A DNA stretch of 63,917 nt, counting the filler, from Lama guanicoe (lineage: Eukaryota), in NCBI GenBank assembly GCA_013239625.1. It is 188 parts of 188 records of this genome, joined end to end, with 100 filler letters (N's around TTAATTAATTAA, not from the genome) between each part and the next. Parts side by side here need not be neighbours in the genome. Positions count along the whole stretch, not along the records: positions 11,559 to 11,798 come from PNXV01046346.1; positions 11,899 to 12,138 come from PNXV01046347.1; positions 12,239 to 12,478 come from PNXV01046348.1; positions 12,579 to 12,818 come from PNXV01046349.1; positions 12,919 to 13,158 come from PNXV01046350.1; positions 13,259 to 13,498 come from PNXV01046351.1; positions 13,599 to 13,838 come from PNXV01046352.1; positions 13,939 to 14,178 come from PNXV01046353.1; 180 more parts are not named here. One strand, written 5' to 3'. The translations under genes and the position numbers were made by a program. Shown here piece by piece: positions 11,459 to 22,936 of the stretch. Each line of letters begins with the position of its first letter. Position 1 is the first letter of the stretch. The notes beneath the pieces were generated by a model. The model searched no databases and was not told where the DNA came from. It saw only the letters and a list, made by a program, of their open reading frames with translations.

Positions 11459-13598
11459 NNNNNNNNNNNNNNNNNNNNNNNNNNNNNNNNNNNNNNNNNN
11501 NNTTAATTAATTAANNNNNNNNNNNNNNNNNNNNNNNNNNNNNNNNNNNNNNNNNNNNTTAGTTGGCTCTTATCTCAGATAATTCAGGAACAATTTCTAA
11601 ATCAACACTGGGAACGCTCTGGGAAAACAAGCTACTTTTTCTTTGCAGCTCTTGGACTGTCATATTGCTCTTTAGACTACTTCTGCCACCTGGGACATGT
11701 GAGATCCTTTCTGATCTCCATTTATAACTGTATATGTGTGTGTGTACAGAGTATATGCAAATATATGTATATCTATACAACTTGTATATATATCTGTGNN
11801 NNNNNNNNNNNNNNNNNNNNNNNNNNNNNNNNNNNNNNNNNNTTAATTAATTAANNNNNNNNNNNNNNNNNNNNNNNNNNNNNNNNNNNNNNNNNNNNCT
11901 TGATTCTAGACACTTCTCTATCCCTGGACATCAGACCTTATGAATGACTTAACTGTTTCATCACATTTGGAGTCAGGACAGACTGAGTCCATGACAGCGT
12001 GTGCCAAATGGATCCAGCCCAGGGATTTCCCATCTTTCCTGCTGGGGGTCATCATTGTTCCTGGGTGAGGAATCCCAGGACGTCCCCTTGGTGCTAATGG
12101 GGAAAGGAGAGGACAGAGTCCCAGGTGGCTACAAGATCNNNNNNNNNNNNNNNNNNNNNNNNNNNNNNNNNNNNNNNNNNNNTTAATTAATTAANNNNNN
12201 NNNNNNNNNNNNNNNNNNNNNNNNNNNNNNNNNNNNNNTACTAGAGTGTGAGCCTGTATGTGTGTCTGTTGTGGTGTGTTTCTACCACAGTTTGTCCCCC
12301 TCTGAGAAAGCACATGACAAAAGCACTTCTCAGGGCCCCCCATTCAACAGAAATCGAACAGGCTTGGCCAGAGGGATGAGCACAGCAAGCCTGGACTACA
12401 GATCCTGGGAGCTCTGCCCTGGAGGAAAGAAGCCCACTCCAGCTTCCCATTCCCTTCCCAATTCCATGGTCCTAGACGNNNNNNNNNNNNNNNNNNNNNN
12501 NNNNNNNNNNNNNNNNNNNNNNTTAATTAATTAANNNNNNNNNNNNNNNNNNNNNNNNNNNNNNNNNNNNNNNNNNNNTCAGGTCTGATTTGATGGAATG
12601 CAAGGACTGGGAGGGGAAACAGTGATGATTGGAATGAGGTTTCCTGAAGCCTTTGGTGCCTCTGGACTTGATTCTACACTGAGAGGACGTTGCATTTCTT
12701 TCCTTTACTTCTTTTGAGATAATGCTTCATTTTCTGCATTTTCATCCTCCTAAAGCTCCAAAAGCTATAATCTACCCTTTCCTCATACAGTGAAGAATTA
12801 AAGCTAGTTTTTTTTTTTNNNNNNNNNNNNNNNNNNNNNNNNNNNNNNNNNNNNNNNNNNNNTTAATTAATTAANNNNNNNNNNNNNNNNNNNNNNNNNN
12901 NNNNNNNNNNNNNNNNNNAAGAAAGGAAGAAAGAATAAAATTAACTTCTACTGGATACTCTCTCTATACAATACCTGGTAAAAATGTGTAACGGAAAATA
13001 ATTTGAATAAAGGAAGTTAGAGACACTTGTTTCATTAGGTGATTCTGGAAAATTAACAGAAGTGTCCTATGCAGTAATATGACACGTAGGATACAATGAT
13101 GTTCTTAATTACATACTAAAGAAAACATTTGGCTGGGAAAATACAAAAGTGAGAATTTNNNNNNNNNNNNNNNNNNNNNNNNNNNNNNNNNNNNNNNNNN
13201 NNTTAATTAATTAANNNNNNNNNNNNNNNNNNNNNNNNNNNNNNNNNNNNNNNNNNNNATGAAAAGTATAATTACAGAAATATATGAAGTAAAGAGAGAC
13301 AAGGAAGAGGACAATTTTCCTGAATGTGGAAGTTTAGGGAACAGATATTTAAGGCTGAATCTGCCACATCAAAATAGCACGAGATTAGGGACTGTGAATG
13401 ACAATGATTGTATGGTTGATATGAAAAGAAAGCAGGGACCAAGTGCTATGAGCACTAAGAAGGAGCTTGCTCGTGGAGAACTCTGCATGCCATGCTTANN
13501 NNNNNNNNNNNNNNNNNNNNNNNNNNNNNNNNNNNNNNNNNNTTAATTAATTAANNNNNNNNNNNNNNNNNNNNNNNNNNNNNNNNNNNNNNNNNNNN

Positions 13599-13838
13599 AG
13601 AAACGAAAGGCAAGAGAAGTCATAGTAGCAAAGATAATCTGTCAGTCGTAAGGACTCCTGGTTCTCTTTCCATAGGAAAGTTTAGCCTGAAGCCCGAACC
13701 ACCAGGTCCGCTGGAACCTAAGGGAGGATGACATTGACCTTTTCTGACCTTGACTTTCATCAACTAAAGCTTGGACTCTGTCCACCGCTCAAGCCCCTTC
13801 ATATGCATGTACCCGGAGCTTAAAACTTCCCTGGAGGA
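13599..13838 (+). mobile_element. Probable ERV1-type LTR (U3) fragment
   Basis: ccaccaggtccgctggaacctaagg...tgactttcatcaactaaagcttggactctgt...cttaaaacttccc resembles recalled ungulate ERV1 LTR U3. Confidence 0.5.
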
Positions 13839-14959
13839 NNNNNNNNNNNNNNNNNNNNNNNNNNNNNNNNNNNNNNNNNNNNTTAATTAATTAANNNNNN
13901 NNNNNNNNNNNNNNNNNNNNNNNNNNNNNNNNNNNNNNTGTTTCTTGGGAATGGGTGGTTAGAAAGAAAAAGGGAAAGAGAGAAAGAGAACAGAAGAGGG
14001 GGAGAGACAGAGAGAAAGAAATAAAAAACAACTGGTGCTTACAACTGAGGGGGGGTTATCCATCCAAGACTGCCACCTAGGGGCACTGTACTGCACCTGT
14101 GCCTTCAGCCTCCCTTGCCCTGGAAGGCAGCCAAAGCAATCAGAGGCAGCTGACCTGCAGGCCTTCAAAGCTAAATAANNNNNNNNNNNNNNNNNNNNNN
14201 NNNNNNNNNNNNNNNNNNNNNNTTAATTAATTAANNNNNNNNNNNNNNNNNNNNNNNNNNNNNNNNNNNNNNNNNNNNTGGGATTTATGATGGATAAGCT
14301 GGGGACCAGCCTGAAAGAAGCCAGCCTGAGCTAGTGTGAGATTGGGTGTTACCTGGGGCTGTTAGTTTGTTGGGGCGAACACACCCAGGACAGAACATAC
14401 TTTATCTTTGGGGTGATGGCAGGCAGCCTTCTGAGAGCCCAGGAACGGGGGCTGTTGGACTTTGAAGGATGTCATTTGGCCCCACAGTGTAGTCTCCTGC
14501 TCTCTTTAGGTGGGATGGNNNNNNNNNNNNNNNNNNNNNNNNNNNNNNNNNNNNNNNNNNNNTTAATTAATTAANNNNNNNNNNNNNNNNNNNNNNNNNN
14601 NNNNNNNNNNNNNNNNNNAGGATATACTTCATATACTTAATAATGACTGCGAGCATTCGGCATAACCTGGCTCACTAAATCCCAGATTGGAAAACCATTA
14701 TTCTACCTCATGCAGCTTCTGCTTTGCTAGGACAGCGCGTTGAGCACAAGTCACATAACGGATGCCTGGCCGTGCTGCGCCGTCGGGTTTCATGATTCAG
14801 CGGCTCAGTAGTAAGAAGGAGAGTACGTCTGCTCAGGCTGTGTTATGCACTATATCTCNNNNNNNNNNNNNNNNNNNNNNNNNNNNNNNNNNNNNNNNNN
14901 NNTTAATTAATTAANNNNNNNNNNNNNNNNNNNNNNNNNNNNNNNNNNNNNNNNNNNNG

Positions 14960-15198
<239 letters not shown>

Positions 15199-15298
15199 NN
15201 NNNNNNNNNNNNNNNNNNNNNNNNNNNNNNNNNNNNNNNNNNTTAATTAATTAANNNNNNNNNNNNNNNNNNNNNNNNNNNNNNNNNNNNNNNNNNNN

Positions 15299-15538
15299 AC
15301 ACACACTTATCTCTCAGAACGGAGCATGTGGAGAGACGTCCGTTCATGTAGCACAAAGGGAACGGGCTGCAGGAGAAATATTTACTCCTGTTTCTCTGTT
15401 TCCTAGTGCCGGTTTGACATTCCTGCAGATTTCACCGTAAAACCGAGTTGGGTCTTATACCTCCCCATATATATGTATGTAGTGCTTTTTGCAACTGAAA
15501 AGAAACTTTGTGTTCCCAACAAGCTATGTGAAGGACGG
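15299..15538 (+). repeat. Satellite monomer, about 245-bp unit, same family as 4421
   Basis: Shares gagcatgtggaga, tgcaggagaaa, agtgccggtt, gtaaaaccgagttgg and tacctccccatatatatgtatgtagtg with 4421-4659 in permuted order. Confidence 0.85.
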
Positions 15539-15802
15539 NNNNNNNNNNNNNNNNNNNNNNNNNNNNNNNNNNNNNNNNNNNNTTAATTAATTAANNNNNN
15601 NNNNNNNNNNNNNNNNNNNNNNNNNNNNNNNNNNNNNNGGGGCGCACTGACGCGCGCGGCGGCCGAGCGTCCCCCCGAGCGGCGGGCCCTCCTCGGCTGC
15701 GGCGGCGGCGGCGGAGGCGCCGGGCCCGCGCGCTCTGTCCGGGGCCCCGCGGGAGCCTCCGCTGCGCTCTATGCGCCTCTGCGGGCGCCGCGGGCCCGGA
15801 CC

Positions 15803-15878
15803 ATGGCGATAGATCGGCGGCGCGACACGGCGGGCGGCGGGCCCGGGCGGCTGCCGCCCGCGGCCGCGGAGTACGGCG
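15803..15878 (+). CDS. SLC22A23: Solute carrier family 22 member 23, start of CDS (partial, in a CpG island)
   Basis: Strong Kozak ACCATGG, then MAIDRRRDTAGGGPGRLPPAAAEYG versus recalled human MAIDRRREAAGGGPGRQPAPAEENG; GGC-repeat 5'UTR upstream. Confidence 0.88.
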
Positions 15879-16469
15879 NNNNNNNNNNNNNNNNNNNNNN
15901 NNNNNNNNNNNNNNNNNNNNNNTTAATTAATTAANNNNNNNNNNNNNNNNNNNNNNNNNNNNNNNNNNNNNNNNNNNNAAAAAAATGTTTATTTCAGACA
16001 AATGGTACATGACAAACAATTCTACTACTGTCTTCATGATCAATTTCTGAAACTTCTGTATTCAACAGATATCTTTGAGGTTGACAACTACTTTTGTGTA
16101 GATTTAAGCTGATGAACACTTAAAACTATCTCATTATATGACAAAATATTTCATTACATGATTACATATGTGACTGGGATATATTAGGCAATTATGTATA
16201 TATGATATATCTATATATNNNNNNNNNNNNNNNNNNNNNNNNNNNNNNNNNNNNNNNNNNNNTTAATTAATTAANNNNNNNNNNNNNNNNNNNNNNNNNN
16301 NNNNNNNNNNNNNNNNNNTGTCTTTCAAAGAGGGCGATACTCTGTCAGAGTTTGGCAGGTGCTCTGGTTGGCTGAGTAGGTCCAGAGATGTGAGTTTTGG
16401 TTTATTTGTGGGAGAGGGTGAGCTACAAGCTTCCTTCTACTTCACCATCTTGCTTTTGCCCGGGAAGAG

Positions 16470-16558
16470 CCATCATTAATGGGATTGGTGCTCTTACAGA
16501 AGATGCTCTGGAGAGATTCCCTCACACTCTTCTACTACGTGAGGACACAATGAGAAGC
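16470..16558 (+). mobile_element. MaLR LTR (MLT1A/MST-like) fragment
   Basis: aatgggattggtgctcttac...acgtgaggacacaatgagaag. Confidence 0.65.
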
Positions 16559-17338
16559 NNNNNNNNNNNNNNNNNNNNNNNNNNNNNNNNNNNNNNNNNN
16601 NNTTAATTAATTAANNNNNNNNNNNNNNNNNNNNNNNNNNNNNNNNNNNNNNNNNNNNTTTTACAGATTATACTGATGTAGCCAAGCTGAATCTAATACA
16701 GCTCTGAAAACTTCTCAATGACTGATTTTTGAATCCTTGTATATCTTGACGGGGTAACAAACATTTTGCAAATATAGCAATGTTGTATATTAGTACCAGA
16801 ATATTTTCTAAGTAAATAATAGAAAGATGACGACCTGCAAAATGAACAAGTGATTCACAAAATAAATACAAATTTTAAAAAACACATTTAAAAAAAAANN
16901 NNNNNNNNNNNNNNNNNNNNNNNNNNNNNNNNNNNNNNNNNNTTAATTAATTAANNNNNNNNNNNNNNNNNNNNNNNNNNNNNNNNNNNNNNNNNNNNGT
17001 GAAAAAGACTCTAGTGTCATTTAATGGATGCTGGTGTTTTCATAACATCTTACTTTGATTACTCTTGGAATTTAATGTATTTTTCCTTATTACGATTATA
17101 TTCTTTGATATAATTAAAATACTGATTTTATCTCTATGGCAACCTCTTTCTTTAATAGATTACAACTGCTGAGCTCAGTTCTTAAGATATGAGTTGCCCA
17201 AGGGCTCTGTCTTTGGAATTCCTCCCGCCCTCCCTCTTNNNNNNNNNNNNNNNNNNNNNNNNNNNNNNNNNNNNNNNNNNNNTTAATTAATTAANNNNNN
17301 NNNNNNNNNNNNNNNNNNNNNNNNNNNNNNNNNNNNNN

Positions 17339-17578
17339 CCTCTGCTCCCTCCGCCCCAGCCGCCGCCCGCCTCCCCACCTCCCGGCTCTCCCGGGGGTTC
17401 GCCCCGGCCCTGAAGGGAGACCTGGGATACCGTCTGGGCCCCCCACAGGAGACCCCGGCCCCCGGCGGCGGAGAAAATGGAGCCGGAGAGAGAGAGGAGG
17501 CCCAAGCGGGGGTGTGTGTGAGAGAGAGGGAGGAGGGAGGAGGGGGGAGCGAGGGAGGGAGGCTGGGGGAGGGGAGCC
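17339..17578. promoter_or_regulatory. CpG-island promoter or 5'UTR fragment, gene not identified
   Basis: Very high GC, GC box ctccgcccc, GA-rich purine tract, YY1-like ggagaaaatggag. Confidence 0.6.
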
Positions 17579-17678
17579 NNNNNNNNNNNNNNNNNNNNNN
17601 NNNNNNNNNNNNNNNNNNNNNNTTAATTAATTAANNNNNNNNNNNNNNNNNNNNNNNNNNNNNNNNNNNNNNNNNNNN

Positions 17679-17918
17679 ACACACTTCAGTGTATTCCCCA
17701 CTGGTTTCTTCCACTGGGGCATGCACCGCGGTTTATTCCCCACTGGTTTATTCCTCTGTGGCATTCACCACATTGAACTCCCCACTGGTTTATTCCACTG
17801 GGGCATGCACGGCGGTGGATAAGCCACTGGCTTCTTCCACTGCGAATGCACAGGTGTGTATTCCCAACTGCTTTATTCCACTGAGGCATGAACTAGTTGC
17901 AGAACCCACTGGTTTATT
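17679..17918 (-). repeat. 42-bp satellite (reverse orientation)
   Basis: Repeats of cccactggtttattccactggggcatgcaccg, the reverse complement of the 2381 family. Confidence 0.95.
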
Positions 17919-18018
17919 NNNNNNNNNNNNNNNNNNNNNNNNNNNNNNNNNNNNNNNNNNNNTTAATTAATTAANNNNNNNNNNNNNNNNNNNNNNNNNN
18001 NNNNNNNNNNNNNNNNNN

Positions 18019-18258
18019 AATCCAAGAACATGGGATATCTTTCCATTTCTTTAAGTCTTCTTTAATTAACATAATCAATGATTTGTAGTTTTGAGCATAT
18101 AAATCTTTCACCCTCTAGGTCAGATTTATTCCTAACATTTTATTGCTTTGGATGCAATTTTAAAGTGATTATTTCTTTACTTTCATTTCCTACTAAGTCA
18201 TTATTAGCATAAAGAAATACAACTGATTTTTATATGTTGATCTTGTATCCTGCTATCT
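18019..18258 (-). mobile_element. L1 ORF2 fragment (RT region)
   Basis: aatccaagaacatgggatatctttccattt, tcagatttattccta, aagaaatacaactgatttt, ttgatcttgtatcctgc. Confidence 0.9.
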
Positions 18259-20074
18259 NNNNNNNNNNNNNNNNNNNNNNNNNNNNNNNNNNNNNNNNNN
18301 NNTTAATTAATTAANNNNNNNNNNNNNNNNNNNNNNNNNNNNNNNNNNNNNNNNNNNNTATAAACATATGTAATGAAACCTTATAATGCCAATAAATATT
18401 TAAAAACCCACAGCAGGATGTCTTAGTACCATAAAAAAATTCCTCCAGTAGGAAGAGCTCATAAATGATGCTACATTTATATAATAAGGACAAAATCAAG
18501 TGTAAACATTGATAGAAACTTTGACACTTCTAAATTTGCAAAGGTTAACTGCATGGCTTGTATTGATTCTGAGTATCAAGAACATATTATCTGTAACTNN
18601 NNNNNNNNNNNNNNNNNNNNNNNNNNNNNNNNNNNNNNNNNNTTAATTAATTAANNNNNNNNNNNNNNNNNNNNNNNNNNNNNNNNNNNNNNNNNNNNGG
18701 GATGTGGGATGCAGATGGCAGACAGACTGGAAGGAGAGACGGGAAATATTTCCTCAGGTTTCAGTTTGGAAGATTTCTGATTTTCATATGGACAATAAAC
18801 TGGGTCAGGCTGAAGCGCCGTATGCTCTAAGACCGGGTGATGTACACGTGTCCCTACAATTTCTAAAAAATATTTTGAAGTTGGACGTTACAGCCTAGGG
18901 GACAGACAGCTTAGAGTGACACCTACGTTCCAGGATGCNNNNNNNNNNNNNNNNNNNNNNNNNNNNNNNNNNNNNNNNNNNNTTAATTAATTAANNNNNN
19001 NNNNNNNNNNNNNNNNNNNNNNNNNNNNNNNNNNNNNNCCTATATAGTAAATATGTCAAACCACTAAAAATTGATATATATATATATATCCGAGCATCAG
19101 CAATAATTTGTGCAAGTGGAGACAATATCAGTAAGACATTTATATGGAAAGGCAAAATAACTAAGATAGCTAAAGTACTTTTGAAAATAGTAGCATAAAA
19201 TGAGAGGAAGCAGGAAGCAGTCTGCCTACGTTGGAGATGCATTATCTATTTATGGTAATCAAGAGGGCAAGACGCTGANNNNNNNNNNNNNNNNNNNNNN
19301 NNNNNNNNNNNNNNNNNNNNNNTTAATTAATTAANNNNNNNNNNNNNNNNNNNNNNNNNNNNNNNNNNNNNNNNNNNNTTGGAGACTTTATTCTATCTCC
19401 AGACAATATTTCAATATTTTCTGAGGGTACTTTGGGCAGTTGATGCTGTGTTTTCAACCTGTCAGTTCTAGTTCTGTCAGGTATTTTGAAGGAATTGTGT
19501 ATTCCGGCATGGCCATAACCACAAAGCATGGTGTGAGAGCAGTGTCCCTAGAAACAAGAGGACTTATGAGTCTCTAACACTGATGACATGGGATGGGGGC
19601 TGAGACTATGACACTCGGNNNNNNNNNNNNNNNNNNNNNNNNNNNNNNNNNNNNNNNNNNNNTTAATTAATTAANNNNNNNNNNNNNNNNNNNNNNNNNN
19701 NNNNNNNNNNNNNNNNNNAACTCATCATTTTTCAGAGTCCCTTTCACACCTTCCACCTCCGGTGACCCGTAGGCGGCACGTGTGTGTGACGCAGGAGGAA
19801 ACGGAGGCAGCGGAGTTCACCGCCGCGGGTGAGGGTCACAGCCTGCCTCTCTGCGCTGGGAATGAGGCTACCATTCCCAAGTAATGAGCTGTGACAAGTA
19901 ATATGATTGACGTACAGCTTGTCTCTCCAGGCCACTTACAGTCCCAAAGCCAGAGATGNNNNNNNNNNNNNNNNNNNNNNNNNNNNNNNNNNNNNNNNNN
20001 NNTTAATTAATTAANNNNNNNNNNNNNNNNNNNNNNNNNNNNNNNNNNNNNNNNNNNNCCATGTTTTTAAAAAT

Positions 20075-20172
20075 AATAATAGGAGAAATTGGGTGTGGAG
20101 CTTATGGGAACTCTCTGGACCTTCTTTGCAAATCTAAATCTATTCTAAAATAAAAATTTTTATTAAAAAAGA
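20075..20172 (+). mobile_element. Old L1 (L1MC-like) 3' end
   Basis: ggagaaattgggtg...tatgggaactctctg...tattctaaaataaaa followed by an A-rich tail. Confidence 0.7.
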
Positions 20173-21758
20173 ACAAAAACACCAGGAGGGCCAAAAGGAA
20201 TAGATCTGTGAGCTGAATCAGCCCCATGGGTGACTGTTTGTAAACTCTGTTCTCAGTAGCGGTAAAACCAGGCACTAAGCACGGAGTCGATGCCCAGGNN
20301 NNNNNNNNNNNNNNNNNNNNNNNNNNNNNNNNNNNNNNNNNNTTAATTAATTAANNNNNNNNNNNNNNNNNNNNNNNNNNNNNNNNNNNNNNNNNNNNGA
20401 GGCCTCCTAATGTCAATCCTACATGGTTTCCCTTTGCTTTGCCACTGTTCCAAGGTGAGACTCCTGTCCCATAGAACGATCAGTCTGCTTATAGTTCATA
20501 AATTAAAATGCTCAGTCAACACTCTGTATTGTCTCCTCGAATCTCATCCATCATTTGGCAGATTTCTTTTTAACCACTTATCTGGAGCCCCTAAGGACTA
20601 GGGAGTAGTAATGAGAGAACAGAGAAGACTCAGGTAAANNNNNNNNNNNNNNNNNNNNNNNNNNNNNNNNNNNNNNNNNNNNTTAATTAATTAANNNNNN
20701 NNNNNNNNNNNNNNNNNNNNNNNNNNNNNNNNNNNNNNGCTGGTGGTGGGGTCCCTGACCAACCAGCACCCCTCCCCAGTGTCCCCCTGGCCAGCCTCTG
20801 AACTCCATCTGTTCACCTTCACCCCACCCTCTGAGGATAGGTCCTCTCCTGCTCAAGAAATGCAAATGGCTCCCTAGTGCCCACACCGTCAAGTCTAACT
20901 ACACGGCTGTCTTTCATGTGTGTCCGTGTTGTCTCCAGCCAGCATCCTCTTTCCCTAGGCAACTTCCTGACTGTAAGANNNNNNNNNNNNNNNNNNNNNN
21001 NNNNNNNNNNNNNNNNNNNNNNTTAATTAATTAANNNNNNNNNNNNNNNNNNNNNNNNNNNNNNNNNNNNNNNNNNNNAACTCTCATTCCTGCATTATGT
21101 TTTCGTACCTTAAAATGCCTCCGAAAATCCTGAGGCTGTTGCCGCTACACCCTGCTGTCCCCTACGGTCACCCTGAGCGGGGCTGAGGCACGTCCAGCGG
21201 TCTCTGTGACATGTGGGGGCCTTGCCTTGACTCTGGTCTGAGCTATGTGCCCATGCTCTAGTCTCCCCGGCCTCCATTGCTCCGTCTGAAAAGCCAGAGT
21301 TCTGCTTGCCCCTCCACGNNNNNNNNNNNNNNNNNNNNNNNNNNNNNNNNNNNNNNNNNNNNTTAATTAATTAANNNNNNNNNNNNNNNNNNNNNNNNNN
21401 NNNNNNNNNNNNNNNNNNCCTCTGTGAGTTTTGTGTTTAGAACATGCCTGGTGTAGGACCACAATTATTGTCCTTGTTGTTGCTTCCATTATTGTTTTTA
21501 TTGTAGCGTTACCCCTCTCTCCCCTACCAGGTAGCTTAGGGTTCCTTCCTCCATGCTCCCAAAGCAGTTTATACATACCCTTATTCCAAGACTTTTTATA
21601 TTATTCCCTGATCGTGTGTCCAGTGTCTGCCTCCCCAGGCGACCCCGAACTCCTTGAGNNNNNNNNNNNNNNNNNNNNNNNNNNNNNNNNNNNNNNNNNN
21701 NNTTAATTAATTAANNNNNNNNNNNNNNNNNNNNNNNNNNNNNNNNNNNNNNNNNNNN

Positions 21759-21998
21759 GGCAAGTCAATTACATTTCCTGACCTTGGAGAAGTGGCCTTA
21801 TGTAGAAGATGTCCAGTTGGGCCCAGCAGCACACTCCCTCCTGCTCACCAGAGGTTTGTGTGCTTGGAGTGCCCCTGTGTGGGCTACCTGGGCCCTTCTG
21901 TTGTGGGGGGGCCTCCTACTGTGGGTGCGCTGGTGGGCAGGACTGGCTCCGACACCCAGGTGCTGCTGAACTGCTGGTGACGGGACTGGGTCCTGGCA
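21759..21998 (-). mobile_element. Probable L1 5' region fragment
   Basis: cctgaccttggagaagtggccttatgtagaaga...gggcccagcagcacactccc resembles recalled antisense L1 5' sequence. Confidence 0.6.
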
Positions 21999-22801
21999 NN
22001 NNNNNNNNNNNNNNNNNNNNNNNNNNNNNNNNNNNNNNNNNNTTAATTAATTAANNNNNNNNNNNNNNNNNNNNNNNNNNNNNNNNNNNNNNNNNNNNTA
22101 CTGTCACACCTTTGAGGAGTATATATATTTTCTATTAAGATAAATAACCTTTTATCTTGACCTTTAATACCTACCTCTAATATAAACATAATAAAGTGTC
22201 TTCATTTTAATGGCTCCAATGTTAAGAGAGAGAGCTTTTCCAGTTTTGAACAAAAAAAAATTATTTCTCTTATTGATACAGCAAATGGCTCATCTGCCTG
22301 TTAAAGAATACATTCTCCTTATAAAAGCCATGCTACTTNNNNNNNNNNNNNNNNNNNNNNNNNNNNNNNNNNNNNNNNNNNNTTAATTAATTAANNNNNN
22401 NNNNNNNNNNNNNNNNNNNNNNNNNNNNNNNNNNNNNNGGCCCAGGCAAATTTAGAGTACAATTTTATAGCAATATAGGTCCACACAATATTCTCTGGAG
22501 ACTCAGAGTTGGGGTTTCCCACTGTGGTTACAGTTGTTAAGAGTTCAAGGGGGTCTGGTGCAGAGCTCCTCAGTAGGCATGGACATGGGCACTGATAATC
22601 AGACTGTATTAGTCTGCTGTAATAAAATGCCACAGGCTGGATGGCTTAAGGAACAGAACTTTATATTCATCCAGTTCANNNNNNNNNNNNNNNNNNNNNN
22701 NNNNNNNNNNNNNNNNNNNNNNTTAATTAATTAANNNNNNNNNNNNNNNNNNNNNNNNNNNNNNNNNNNNNNNNNNNNTCACCCACTGCCACCCTCTCCA
22801 G

Positions 22802-22936
22802 TCCTCGCCATACATGAGCTCCCGGCCAGAGGAGCCATGGACATTAGCTTCGCCATGAAGGGCTGGTGGGCCATGGGCGACTGGGCCAAGGACAGGGTCA
22901 CTGTGTCCAAGATGATCTTCTCCACGGGGTGGGAAG
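22802..22936 (+). CDS. Candidate 135-nt phase 1-1 coding exon, protein not recognised
   Basis: Acceptor ccaccctctccag, donor GAAG|gtgagg, one open plus frame [45 protein letters not shown], strong GC3 bias. Confidence 0.4.

Noticed and set aside
12622..12682. TGATGA...CTGA...CTGA arrangement resembling a C/D box snoRNA
   Set aside because: Short, no terminal stem outside the boxes, and no rRNA or snRNA antisense element that I could identify
13259..13498. ATG-initiated frame spanning the contig (MKSIITEIYEVK...)
   Set aside because: Purine-rich sequence with no recognisable homology; the ATG at the contig edge is coincidental
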